From contig DYFC01000013.1 in assembly GCA_020725385.1 (NCBI GenBank), positions 1 through 58,683 of the forward strand: a stretch of DNA of 58,683 nucleotides, in the 5' to 3' direction. Each line of letters starts with the position of its first letter. Within the stretch, counting starts at the first letter, position 1. A program made the position numbers and the translations under genes. The notes beneath the pieces are model-generated. The model saw only the letters and a program-made list of their open reading frames with translations, did not search any database and was not told where the DNA came from. Origin of the DNA: Nitrospira japonica. Lineage in GTDB: Bacteria > Nitrospirota > Thermodesulfovibrionia > Thermodesulfovibrionales > SM23-35. Below are positions 50,712 through 58,683 of the stretch, piece after piece.

Positions 50712-50834
50712 TTATGATTGAGCGTCAGCATATGTTCTTATTGTAGTGTGATAGAATTGTGATAAATTTGTGATAGAATCAAGTTTCTTTATCGATTCTC
50801 GCAATGTTTCTAAGTTTAAATGAGCATATCGCTT
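50712..50834 (-). pseudogene. C-terminal remnant of a tyrosine integrase
   Basis: hand translation KRYAHLNLETLRESIKKL.. ends pointing at the tRNA-Glu 3' end. Confidence 0.6.
50747..50779. repeat. three tandem 11-bp direct repeats
   Basis: TGTGATAGAAT, TGTGATAAATT, TGTGATAGAAT. Confidence 0.8.
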
Positions 50835-50898
50835 GGAATTTACCTTGACTTTGAGACTATAGGTATGTGCAACAAAGGCAAACAATGAAGCGTGAGTA

Positions 50899-51171
50899 TT
50901 ATGAGCGCCGTTCGATCAGTCTGCCTGATAAAAATTTATGTAGGATGCTTGATACAAGTGTCTGATAGGGTATCCCTTCCTCTATAGCCTTAACCTTTAA
51001 GGCGTCAAGGTCTTTTTTTGCTATACGGATATTCATACGCTGGTCTTTTGTTACGGTCGCTTTTGCATATGCCTTTGACCTTTTTATTTCTTTCTTCAGG
51101 TCGGGAATAGTTTTCCATTCATCTTTCTCAACCGATTCCATTAATTCTTTTTCTTCTTTTGTTATTTTCAT
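50899..51171 (-). CDS. CopG/BrnA-like antitoxin
   Basis: RMNIRI..DL..LKVKAIEEGIPYQTLVSSILHK ribbon-helix-helix. Confidence 0.85.
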   Translation of the reverse strand: MKITKEEKELMESVEKDEWKTIPDLKKEIKRSKAYAKATVTKDQRMNIRIAKKDLDALKVKAIEEGIPYQTLVSSILHKFLSGRLIERRS

Positions 51172-51451
51172 TTTTGCTCTCCTTCTCCCTCAGATATTTC
51201 TGGGTAAATTTGCGGCTTGGAAAAATTGTTTTTAAAAATCGTACACCCTTTCTGTCTTCGAAAGGGACTACATACGCATAATCGTTAACGTTAATGACGT
51301 AAAGCCTTTGGTCACTATATTTCATCTTGTTTGGATGTTCCAGAATATCAAGTATATGGTCATTTAAAATAAGAAACACAATTTGCTCAAATGAAATACC
51401 TCGCTCTCTTTTGAGCTGCTCGTTCTTATCGTTGTCCCAATCAAAAACCAC
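51128..51451 (-). CDS. BrnT-like toxin
   Basis: FDWDNDKNEQLKRERGISFE, YVVPF, FLKTIFPSRK; precedes the antitoxin. Confidence 0.85.
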   Translation of the reverse strand: MVFDWDNDKNEQLKRERGISFEQIVFLILNDHILDILEHPNKMKYSDQRLYVINVNDYAYVVPFEDRKGVRFLKTIFPSRKFTQKYLREKESKNENNKRRKRINGIG

Positions 51452-51605
51452 GTTACTATTTTAATAGTTAATGTGTGCCTCTTGTCAATACACCAATTAA
51501 GCGCAATAGTTCCGAGGTTTTTTTCTGTTTGTGAATTAGCTAATCTGTTGTAGCCAGCCGATAAATTGCGTAAAATATGATTATCAGATTATAAGGAGGT
51601 CAGAA

Positions 51606-51740
51606 ATGGCAAAAACAATCAATGCAACCGAGGCAGCGAGAACTTTTTCTGAGATAATTAATTCTGTCAAGTATAAAGGCGAGAGTTATACGATTATTAG
51701 AGGAGGCAAGCCTGCTGCTGCCATTGTGCCGAATATTTGA
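51606..51740 (+). pseudogene. truncated Phd/YefM-type antitoxin
   Basis: AAGGAGGT SD, then MAKTINATEAARTFSEIINSVKYKGESYTIIRGGKPAAAIVPNI*; no toxin gene follows. Confidence 0.7.
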
Positions 51741-52432
51741 AATGATTGCCAAGAAAATGAATCTGATTCTTTACAAAAGCATTTCTTTATTTTTTTGGAA
51801 GTAATATCTGCTCTTCGTAGAGGTTCCGGTATCCTGAATTTTGTTGTACATGCAATTACAATTTCCCTTGCAGATATTATATCAATTAAGTGCCCGGGTG
51901 ACACAAAAAGAGGGCGGGTATTATCTTTTGTCCTTACAACAGAACCAACAATTTGGTCCCTGAATATTAGTTCGGACCATTGTCCTTTTTTCATGCCGGG
52001 TTCTTTATATATTCCAATAAGCCTTGATTTTGCACATCCAATTGAAGGAATATTCAGCAAAACTCCGATGTGAGATGCTATACCAAAATTTTTAGGATGA
52101 GCTATACCCTGTCCATCAAAGAGAATAAGGTCGGGGTTATGAGTTAATTTATCGATAGCCTCAATAATTGCAGGCCCCTCACGAAATGATAAAAATCCGG
52201 ATATATACGGAAAAGTTGTTGAAAGTACGGAATAGGTTTCTTCAACTAATCTCAATTCGGGAAAAGTATATAGACAAGCAGTACCTATAGCTTTATTATC
52301 AATAAACGCTCCATCAACACCGGCAATTAATGAAGGTTTGCTTTCTAATGAACAAATTATGACTTTATGTTTGAGCCTGTTTTGAATTTCTTTTGCATCA
52401 TCTATGTTGTTTGGCCAGGGTGAAAAAGTCAT
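51686..52432 (-). CDS. nfi: endonuclease V
   Basis: IAGVD, FPYISGFLSFRE, DGQGIAHP, IGCAKS, RIPEPLR.AD. Confidence 0.95.
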   Translation of the reverse strand: MTFSPWPNNIDDAKEIQNRLKHKVIICSLESKPSLIAGVDGAFIDNKAIGTACLYTFPELRLVEETYSVLSTTFPYISGFLSFREGPAIIEAIDKLTHNPDLILFDGQGIAHPKNFGIASHIGVLLNIPSIGCAKSRLIGIYKEPGMKKGQWSELIFRDQIVGSVVRTKDNTRPLFVSPGHLIDIISAREIVIACTTKFRIPEPLRRADITSKKIKKCFCKESDSFSWQSFQIFGTMAAAGLPPLIIV

Positions 52433-52458
52433 AATATTAATGTAGTGAAGTACTTAAT

Positions 52459-52609
52459 TTAATTTGGTTTTGAATTTTTTATCATCGAAAGAAGTCTTTT
52501 TGCATCTTGATGTTCGGGATGGTACTGTAAAATTTTTCTAAATATTATCTCGGCTTCCCTCAATTTGCCAATGTTTTGGTAATAAGCCCCTAATTCAAGA
52601 GATTCTACT
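52459..52609 (-). pseudogene. out-of-frame TPR repeat, probable lost C-terminus of the upstream gene
   Basis: VESLELGAYYQNIGKLREAEIIFRKILQYHPEHQDAKRLL..* begins at the upstream stop in another frame. Confidence 0.6.
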
Positions 52610-54164
52610 ATTTAGTAAATGCAGGGTTAATATCTTTTCTTAATTGCATTACTCTAAGTCCTCTTGAAAAACAAAATTCTATCCCCCCTCTGCAATATTT
52701 TTGTTCAATTTTATCCAATTCTTTTACATATTCATCTTGAGGTTCGTTGGGAATAATTAAAGTCTTTTCTCGAAGTCTTGATGTGTCGTGAAATGCAACA
52801 AGATCAGTTAAAGCTCCTTTTTCATATAATCTATAAAATTCTAAAGGTCTGACATTCGTTGCACTATCGAAAAAAGCAAAGTCAAATTTAATCTTGTTTG
52901 AATCTAATGTTTCAATGAAATCTAATGATGGTTGATTAACAATCTCTATAAATTCATTTAATCTCAGTTTTTTTATTTTTTCGTTCGCTTTTTTTGCTAA
53001 TTCTGAATTTATCTCAATTGAAATTAACTTTCCGGACTTATTTTCTTTTAATGCAGTGCCTATTGCAATTGTTCCATCTCCTTGCCATGTTCCTGTTTCA
53101 ATTATTAAACGTGGTTTGAAAAGTTTTATTAAAGAACGCAGTAAATCGAGTGTTTCTATCTCAGTTCCTCCAGAATCGAAAGCATGATATAAGTATGCTT
53201 TTTCTTCTTCACAGTGCGGATGTATTTGACTTTCTAAACATATTGTTTTCCCAATCAGCGAAGTCCAACTAATATTTTCTCTTTGGTTGATTTTCATGTT
53301 GTTGAACTTTAGTTTTCTCTCAACCACTTCTAAAACCTGTTCCAGTGTCGGGATGCAGCGGAATTCACCGAATACAGGACACTCAAAACTCGAACAGCAA
53401 TAAAGCTGGCAGTTGCCTTTTACATATGTCGCTTTATAATGCGGATCTTCATTTCTGTAAATAGCTCTTTTGCTCCATTCAATTGACATATCAAGAACAA
53501 TTACTTCTGTATCGGTGGCTCCGCTAAGCACCGAAAGTCCGTTCTGACAAGTTATAAAAAGTCCGCAATTTTTTATAGTGTAATATGTCTGGTCAAGGCT
53601 TAGTTTATTTGTCAAATTAGTACATCCTTTTAACGGGAGACTTCTCTTCCACATTTCGTCGTGTTTACTATAAGTGTCTTTTCCGACAACTGCAACGGAA
53701 TATCCTTGTGATAGAATGTAATCGGCAAGCTTCTGCCAGTTTTCAATCGACCAGCTTCTACTCGGCCATGTTTCAGATGTATTTATAACGACATCAAAAT
53801 GTTCCGATTTATCTTCTTCAACAGGGAAATATTCGAGTTGCTTTTCCCTAAAGCTGAGTTCTCCAATGCCTGCGGGAATGCTTATAAAATCATATGTATC
53901 TACCAGATAATGCGGTAATTTTGTAGTATCGAATAATATTATGTGTTTTGCATACTTAGAATATTCAGATTTTTCAGTAATGTGATGAATTTTGTTTATA
54001 TAAGGACATTTTTTGAATAATTCAGGGTGATGGGTGAAAATGGATAATTGCACGTTTGCTCCAACAATTGAGTGAAGTTTCTTTATGACCGGTATAGCAT
54101 AAAGACAATCCCCCATCCCCTCGCATTGAAGGATTATAGAATATTTTTCCATTTGACCGGACAT
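52608..54164 (-). CDS. GT9-like glycosyltransferase fused to a class I SAM methyltransferase
   Basis: GMGDCL..P, RSWSIENW, NLTNKLSL (GT9-like); IETGTWQG, SIEIN, FDFAFFDS, FHDT (Methyltransf_24-like). Confidence 0.75.
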   Translation of the reverse strand: MSGQMEKYSIILQCEGMGDCLYAIPVIKKLHSIVGANVQLSIFTHHPELFKKCPYINKIHHITEKSEYSKYAKHIILFDTTKLPHYLVDTYDFISIPAGIGELSFREKQLEYFPVEEDKSEHFDVVINTSETWPSRSWSIENWQKLADYILSQGYSVAVVGKDTYSKHDEMWKRSLPLKGCTNLTNKLSLDQTYYTIKNCGLFITCQNGLSVLSGATDTEVIVLDMSIEWSKRAIYRNEDPHYKATYVKGNCQLYCCSSFECPVFGEFRCIPTLEQVLEVVERKLKFNNMKINQRENISWTSLIGKTICLESQIHPHCEEEKAYLYHAFDSGGTEIETLDLLRSLIKLFKPRLIIETGTWQGDGTIAIGTALKENKSGKLISIEINSELAKKANEKIKKLRLNEFIEIVNQPSLDFIETLDSNKIKFDFAFFDSATNVRPLEFYRLYEKGALTDLVAFHDTSRLREKTLIIPNEPQDEYVKELDKIEQKYCRGGIEFCFSRGLRVMQLRKDINPAFTK

Positions 54165-54268
54165 AAGTGTTTTTTATTTATTATAATCTAAATTTTGAGA
54201 TTTTGTTGTGGACGGAAATAGAGCGGTAATTTATTCTGGTCAGTTTAAATATGGTATAATTTTTAGTA

Positions 54269-55348
54269 ATGAAAAATAGAATATTAATGAAGGGTAACGA
54301 AGCTATTGCTGAAGCTGCTGTCTGTGCTGGGTGCAGGTTTTATGCCGGTTATCCCATTACTCCACAAAATGAGATACCCGAATATCTTTCATGGAGGATG
54401 CTCGAAGCTGGCGGGGTTTTTATTCAGGCTGAAAGCGAACTTGCTGCCATTAACATGGTTTATGGCGCATCTGCAGCAGGCATTAGAGCTATGACTTCAT
54501 CAAGCAGCCCGGGTATCAGTCTTAAACAAGAAGCAATTTCTTTTCTTGCAGGAGCTGAACTTCCAGCCGTAATTGTAAACATGCAAAGAGGGGGACCCGG
54601 ACTGGGAAATATTTCAGCAAGTCAGGCTGATTATTTCCAGGCTGTCAAAGGTGGCGGTCATGGTGATTATAAAATGATTGTATATGCTCCATACAGTGTT
54701 CAGGAATTGTGGGATCTTACTATGCTTGCTTTTGATAAGGCCGATGAATATAGAACTCCGGTAATGATTCTCGGGGATGCAATAATTGGTCAGATGATGG
54801 AACCTTTTTATCCGAATGATTACCAAAAGCCCGAACTCCCTGGCAAAGACTGGATACTTGATGGGTGCGAGGGACGTCTTCCACGCGTTATTAAAACCTT
54901 ATATATGGGAGACGGTGAACTTGAGATGATGAATAATAAATTGCAAAAAAAATACAAGAATATTAGAAGTAGAGAGGTCATTTCAGAAGGTCATTTTATA
55001 GATGATGCGGAATTAATTGTGGTTGCGTTTGGCATAGCAGCGAGAATAGCTCTTTCTTCTGTTATTAGAATGAGACGGAAGGGCATTAAAGTCGGGCTAT
55101 TCAGGCCTGTTACTTTATTCCCATTTCCTGAAAATGAACTTTTTTTAATTTCCGATGAAAATAAAAGATTCCTTGTTGTTGAAATGAATGCAGGTCAAAT
55201 GCTCGAAGATGTTAAATTAGCAATAAATGGTAGATCCGAGGTATTATTTTATGGCAGAACAGGTGGCGTAATAGTTAGTCCTGAAGAGATTGATAGAAAA
55301 ATTTTGTCTTTAATTGATGTAAAATATAAAGTAAGCGAAAGAAGATAA
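54269..55348 (+). CDS. vorB: 2-oxoacid:ferredoxin oxidoreductase alpha-type subunit (VorB-like)
   Basis: KGNEAIAE, AGYPITPQ, QAESELAA, TSSSSPG, VVEMNAGQM. Confidence 0.85.
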   Translation: MKNRILMKGNEAIAEAAVCAGCRFYAGYPITPQNEIPEYLSWRMLEAGGVFIQAESELAAINMVYGASAAGIRAMTSSSSPGISLKQEAISFLAGAELPAVIVNMQRGGPGLGNISASQADYFQAVKGGGHGDYKMIVYAPYSVQELWDLTMLAFDKADEYRTPVMILGDAIIGQMMEPFYPNDYQKPELPGKDWILDGCEGRLPRVIKTLYMGDGELEMMNNKLQKKYKNIRSREVISEGHFIDDAELIVVAFGIAARIALSSVIRMRRKGIKVGLFRPVTLFPFPENELFLISDENKRFLVVEMNAGQMLEDVKLAINGRSEVLFYGRTGGVIVSPEEIDRKILSLIDVKYKVSERR

Positions 55349-55414
55349 AATCATATAAAATTACTTATATTATCCAAAACTGGAAAATCGTTATAAAAAA
55401 TATTACCATTCTCC

Positions 55415-55443
55415 TTGACAAAAATATATATCTCTGGTAATAT
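55415..55443 (+). promoter_or_regulatory. sigma70 promoter of the str operon
   Basis: TTGACA-17 bp-TAATAT with extended -10 TG. Confidence 0.7.
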
Positions 55444-55495
55444 TATCTCTTGCGGTATTATCCTATTTCAATAAATTAATTTTTTTGGAGGTAAA

Positions 55496-55867
55496 GTGCC
55501 TACTATAGCACAATTAGTTAAAAACGGGCGTGAAAAGGTAAAGGTTAAAACAAAAAGCCCTGCGCTCAAAGAGTGTCCACAGAAAAGAGGTGTTTGTGTA
55601 AGAGTTTATACTACAACACCAAAGAAACCCAACTCGGCACTGAGGAAAGTAGCAAGGGTAAGACTGATGAATGCTATGGAGGTCACTGCATATATACCAG
55701 GTGTTGGACATAATCTTCAGGAACATTCAATTGTTATGATTCGCGGCGGAAGAGTAAAAGATCTCCCGGGTGTCAGATACCACATAATCAGAGGAACGCT
55801 TGACTCAATGGGTGTGGCTGACAGGAGAAGGGGAAGATCCAAATACGGCGCCAAGAGACCTAAATAA
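55496..55867 (+). CDS. rpsL: 30S ribosomal protein S12
   Basis: [21 protein letters not shown]. Confidence 0.99.
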   Translation: MPTIAQLVKNGREKVKVKTKSPALKECPQKRGVCVRVYTTTPKKPNSALRKVARVRLMNAMEVTAYIPGVGHNLQEHSIVMIRGGRVKDLPGVRYHIIRGTLDSMGVADRRRGRSKYGAKRPK

Positions 55868-55879
55868 GAGAGTTAGAAA

Positions 55880-56350
55880 ATGCCAAGAAGAAGAGTAGCA
55901 GAAAAAAGAGATATTTTACCGGATCCAAAATATAACAGCAAAATTGTAAGCAAATTTGTTAATGCGATTATGGAAAGCGGGAAAAAATCCACGGCAGAAC
56001 GCATTTGTTATGGTGCTTTTGAAATACTTAAACAAAAAACGGGCAGCGACCCTTTGAAGGTTTTCAAAACAGCGCTTGAAAATGTTAAGCCGGTACTTGA
56101 GGTAAAACCAAGAAGAGTCGGTGGAGCAACATATCAGGTCCCGGTAGAAATTAGACCCCATAGGCGTACAGCGCTTGCTTTTAGATGGATAATCAATTAT
56201 GCGAGAGCAAGGGCTGAGAAGACCATGCAGGAAAGGCTTGCAGGGGAACTTATGGATGCATATAACAATACGGGTTCTTCAATTAAGAAAAAAGAAGATA
56301 CCCATAAAATGGCCGAGGCGAACAAGGCTTTTGCCCATTATAGATGGTAG
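55880..56350 (+). CDS. rpsG: 30S ribosomal protein S7
   Basis: [21 protein letters not shown]. Confidence 0.99.
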   Translation: MPRRRVAEKRDILPDPKYNSKIVSKFVNAIMESGKKSTAERICYGAFEILKQKTGSDPLKVFKTALENVKPVLEVKPRRVGGATYQVPVEIRPHRRTALAFRWIINYARARAEKTMQERLAGELMDAYNNTGSSIKKKEDTHKMAEANKAFAHYRW

Positions 56351-56371
56351 GAATAATAGAGGAGAAAAAAG

Positions 56372-58450
56372 TTGTCAAGATTTCCGCTTCAAAAAACACG
56401 CAATATTGGTATCATGGCTCATATAGATGCCGGGAAGACCACGACCACGGAACGTATCCTCTATTACACAGGAGTTACCTACAAAATTGGCGAGGTTCAC
56501 GATGGTACCGCTGTTATGGACTGGATGGTTCAGGAGCAGGAACGCGGAATTACCATAACCTCCGCTGCAACAACATGTTTCTGGAAAGATTATAAAATAA
56601 ATATTATTGATACTCCGGGACATGTTGATTTTACCATCGAAGTAGAAAGGTCATTGAGAGTGCTTGATGGTGCAGTAGCTGTTTTTGATTCTGTTTCCGG
56701 TGTAGAACCACAGTCAGAAACTGTCTGGAGACAGGCCAATAAATATGGTGTGCCAAGAATAGCATTCATGAATAAAATGGATAGGGTTGGAGCAGATTTT
56801 TTTATGAGTGTAAATAGCATGATAGAGAGGCTTGACGCAAATCCGGTACCGGTACAGATACCGATAGGTGCTGAGGACAATTTCAGAGGACCTGTTGATC
56901 TGGTAAATATGAAAGCTATTTACTTTGATGATGAAACTCTGGGCGCAAGTTATACAGAAGGAGAAATTCCCGAACATTTAATGCCAATGGCTTTAGAGTA
57001 CAGGGAAAAAATGGTCGAAGCATTGGCTGATATTGACGATACAATAATGGAAAAATATTTAAATAAAGAAACAATAAGTCCTGAAGAAATTAAATCGGTT
57101 ATAAGAAAAGGTACTCTTGAGAAAAAAATAACCCCTGTTTTGTGCGGATCAGCATTCAGGAATAAAGGTGTTCAACTTTTGCTGGATGCTATAGTTGATT
57201 ATCTCCCTTCTCCTCTTGATATTCCACCAGTTGCCGGAACAATTCCGGGAACCGATTCTGTAATAGTAAGACAGGCAAGCGATAAAGATCCTTTTTCTGC
57301 CCTTGCCTTTAAGGTAATGACCGATCCATTTGTTGGTCAACTTACATTTATAAGAGTATATTCAGGTGTTTTAAATGCAGGTTCTTATGTATATAACTCA
57401 ACAAAGGATATTAAAGAACGGGTAGGGAGATTATTAAAAATGCACGCTAATAAGCGTGAAGAAGTCAAGGAAGTATCAGCAGGAGATATTGTTGCTGTAG
57501 TAGGATTAAGAAATACCCTTACAGGCGATACCCTATGCGATGAAAAGCAACCAATTTTACTTGAAACTATTGAGTTTCCGGAACCTGTTATGGCTGTAGC
57601 TATTGAGCCAAAAACTAAGGCTGATCAGGAAAAATTATCTCAATCTCTTGCAAAACTTGCTCAGGAAGATCCTTCATTCAAAGTATCATTCAATGAAGAA
57701 ACGGGACAGACAATTATTTCCGGAATGGGTGAACTTCATCTTGAGATTATTGTTGATAGATTGCTAAGAGAATTTAAAGTTGGTGCAAATGTTGGTAAAC
57801 CTCAGGTTGCTTATAAAGAAACAATAAGAAGCGCTGCAAAAGGTGAAGGAAAATTTATTCGTCAGACCGGCGGCCGCGGACAATACGGTCATGTGTGCAT
57901 TGAAATTGAACCTCTTGAACCTGGGAAAGGTTTTGAGTTTGAGAATAAAATTGTAGGTGGTACAATTCCAAAAGAATATATTCCTGCTGTTGAAAAAGGA
58001 ATTAAAGAATCTTTAGATAGAGGAATACTTGCAGGTTATCCGGTAGTGGATGTAAAAGCGAGATTATATGATGGTTCTTATCATGAAGTAGATTCTTCTG
58101 AGATGGCTTTTAAGATTGCAGGCTCAATGGCATTTAAGGAAGCTGCAAAAAATGCAAAACCTGTTATTCTCGAGCCTATTATGAATATAGAGATAGTAAC
58201 ACCCGAAGAATATATGGGTGATGTTATCGGTGATCTGAATTCAAGACGCGGACGGGTACAACAGATTGAAAAAAGAGGCAATGCTCAGGTAATTAAAGGG
58301 CAGGCTCCATTAGCTGAGATGTTTGGTTATGCAACTGACTTGCGTTCAAAAACTCAGGGAAGAGCTACATATACAATGCAGTTTTCCCATTATAGCGAAG
58401 TACCAAAAGGTGTATCTGAAGGAATTATTGCCGTTGTTAGAGGGTCTTGA
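56372..58450 (+). CDS. fusA: elongation factor G
   Basis: [34 protein letters not shown]. Confidence 0.99.
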   Translation: MSRFPLQKTRNIGIMAHIDAGKTTTTERILYYTGVTYKIGEVHDGTAVMDWMVQEQERGITITSAATTCFWKDYKINIIDTPGHVDFTIEVERSLRVLDGAVAVFDSVSGVEPQSETVWRQANKYGVPRIAFMNKMDRVGADFFMSVNSMIERLDANPVPVQIPIGAEDNFRGPVDLVNMKAIYFDDETLGASYTEGEIPEHLMPMALEYREKMVEALADIDDTIMEKYLNKETISPEEIKSVIRKGTLEKKITPVLCGSAFRNKGVQLLLDAIVDYLPSPLDIPPVAGTIPGTDSVIVRQASDKDPFSALAFKVMTDPFVGQLTFIRVYSGVLNAGSYVYNSTKDIKERVGRLLKMHANKREEVKEVSAGDIVAVVGLRNTLTGDTLCDEKQPILLETIEFPEPVMAVAIEPKTKADQEKLSQSLAKLAQEDPSFKVSFNEETGQTIISGMGELHLEIIVDRLLREFKVGANVGKPQVAYKETIRSAAKGEGKFIRQTGGRGQYGHVCIEIEPLEPGKGFEFENKIVGGTIPKEYIPAVEKGIKESLDRGILAGYPVVDVKARLYDGSYHEVDSSEMAFKIAGSMAFKEAAKNAKPVILEPIMNIEIVTPEEYMGDVIGDLNSRRGRVQQIEKRGNAQVIKGQAPLAEMFGYATDLRSKTQGRATYTMQFSHYSEVPKGVSEGIIAVVRGS

Positions 58451-58558
58451 GCAATATGCAAAATTTAAATACATGTGAATATAGATTTTCATATAAGCAT
58501 ATCCGTATTAATTTTGCGATAATTTTAAAGTCGGGAAGGATTTAACAAAGGAGGGAAT

Positions 58559-58683
58559 ATGGCAAAGGCGAAATTTGAGAGGATAAAGCCTCATGCTAAC
58601 ATAGGTACGATAGGGCATGTAGATCATGGCAAGACCACATTGACATCGGCGATAACGAAGGTACTGGCATTTAAAGGGATGGC
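58559..58683 (+). CDS. tuf: elongation factor Tu (5' partial)
   Basis: hand translation [29 protein letters not shown]; runs off the window. Confidence 0.97.
   Translation, partial: MAKAKFERIKPHANIGTIGHVDHGKTTLTSAITKVLAFKGM

Noticed and set aside
50308-50731. minus-strand ORFs of 103 and 80 aa
   Set aside because: Largely antisense translations of the two tRNA genes and the TPM gene end.
50860-51560. integron attC-like sites around the toxin-antitoxin pair
   Set aside because: Only isolated GTT-type words, with no paired R and L boxes.
1-58683. CRISPR array, rRNA, intact transposase or prophage
   Set aside because: No spaced repeats, rRNA signatures or matching ORFs were seen; the remaining short overlapping ORFs are shadows of real genes.

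Overview
An AT-rich bacterial chromosomal window, mostly housekeeping genes. The gene set suggests an anaerobic Nitrospirota (Thermodesulfovibrionia-like) or deltaproteobacterial-type organism (inference only). Housekeeping content: rnr, tig-clpP-clpX, rpmB-dciA, infB-rbfA-nrnA, rpsF-ssb-rpsR, CIRCE-hrcA-grpE-dnaK-dnaJ-rsmE, clpC, lemA-TPM-TPM, tRNA-Gln/tRNA-Glu, nfi, vorB and rpsL-rpsG-fusA-tuf (partial). Accessory elements: (1) a lexA / 81-aa small gene / Y-family polymerase cassette with a perfect palindrome over its -10 box and a 16-bp perfect leader hairpin; (2) a secreted multiheme cytochrome with OmcS-like motif order plus an extra CX4CH motif; (3) a DRG-like TGS GTPase; (4) a signalling island (hybrid kinase, two NarL-type regulators, a PAS kinase split at an A9 tract, cheW-mcp) with a repeated AATCAGGA-N3-TCCTGATT palindrome; (5) a phosphohistidine-domain protein lacking the ATP-grasp domain, facing a kinase/receiver pair; (6) an unannotated 55-aa four-cysteine ORF; (7) a decayed islet at tRNA-Glu with an integrase tail, 11-bp direct repeats and toxin-antitoxin genes. 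No CRISPR array or rRNA was seen. All family calls come from motif recognition by eye, not from database searches.
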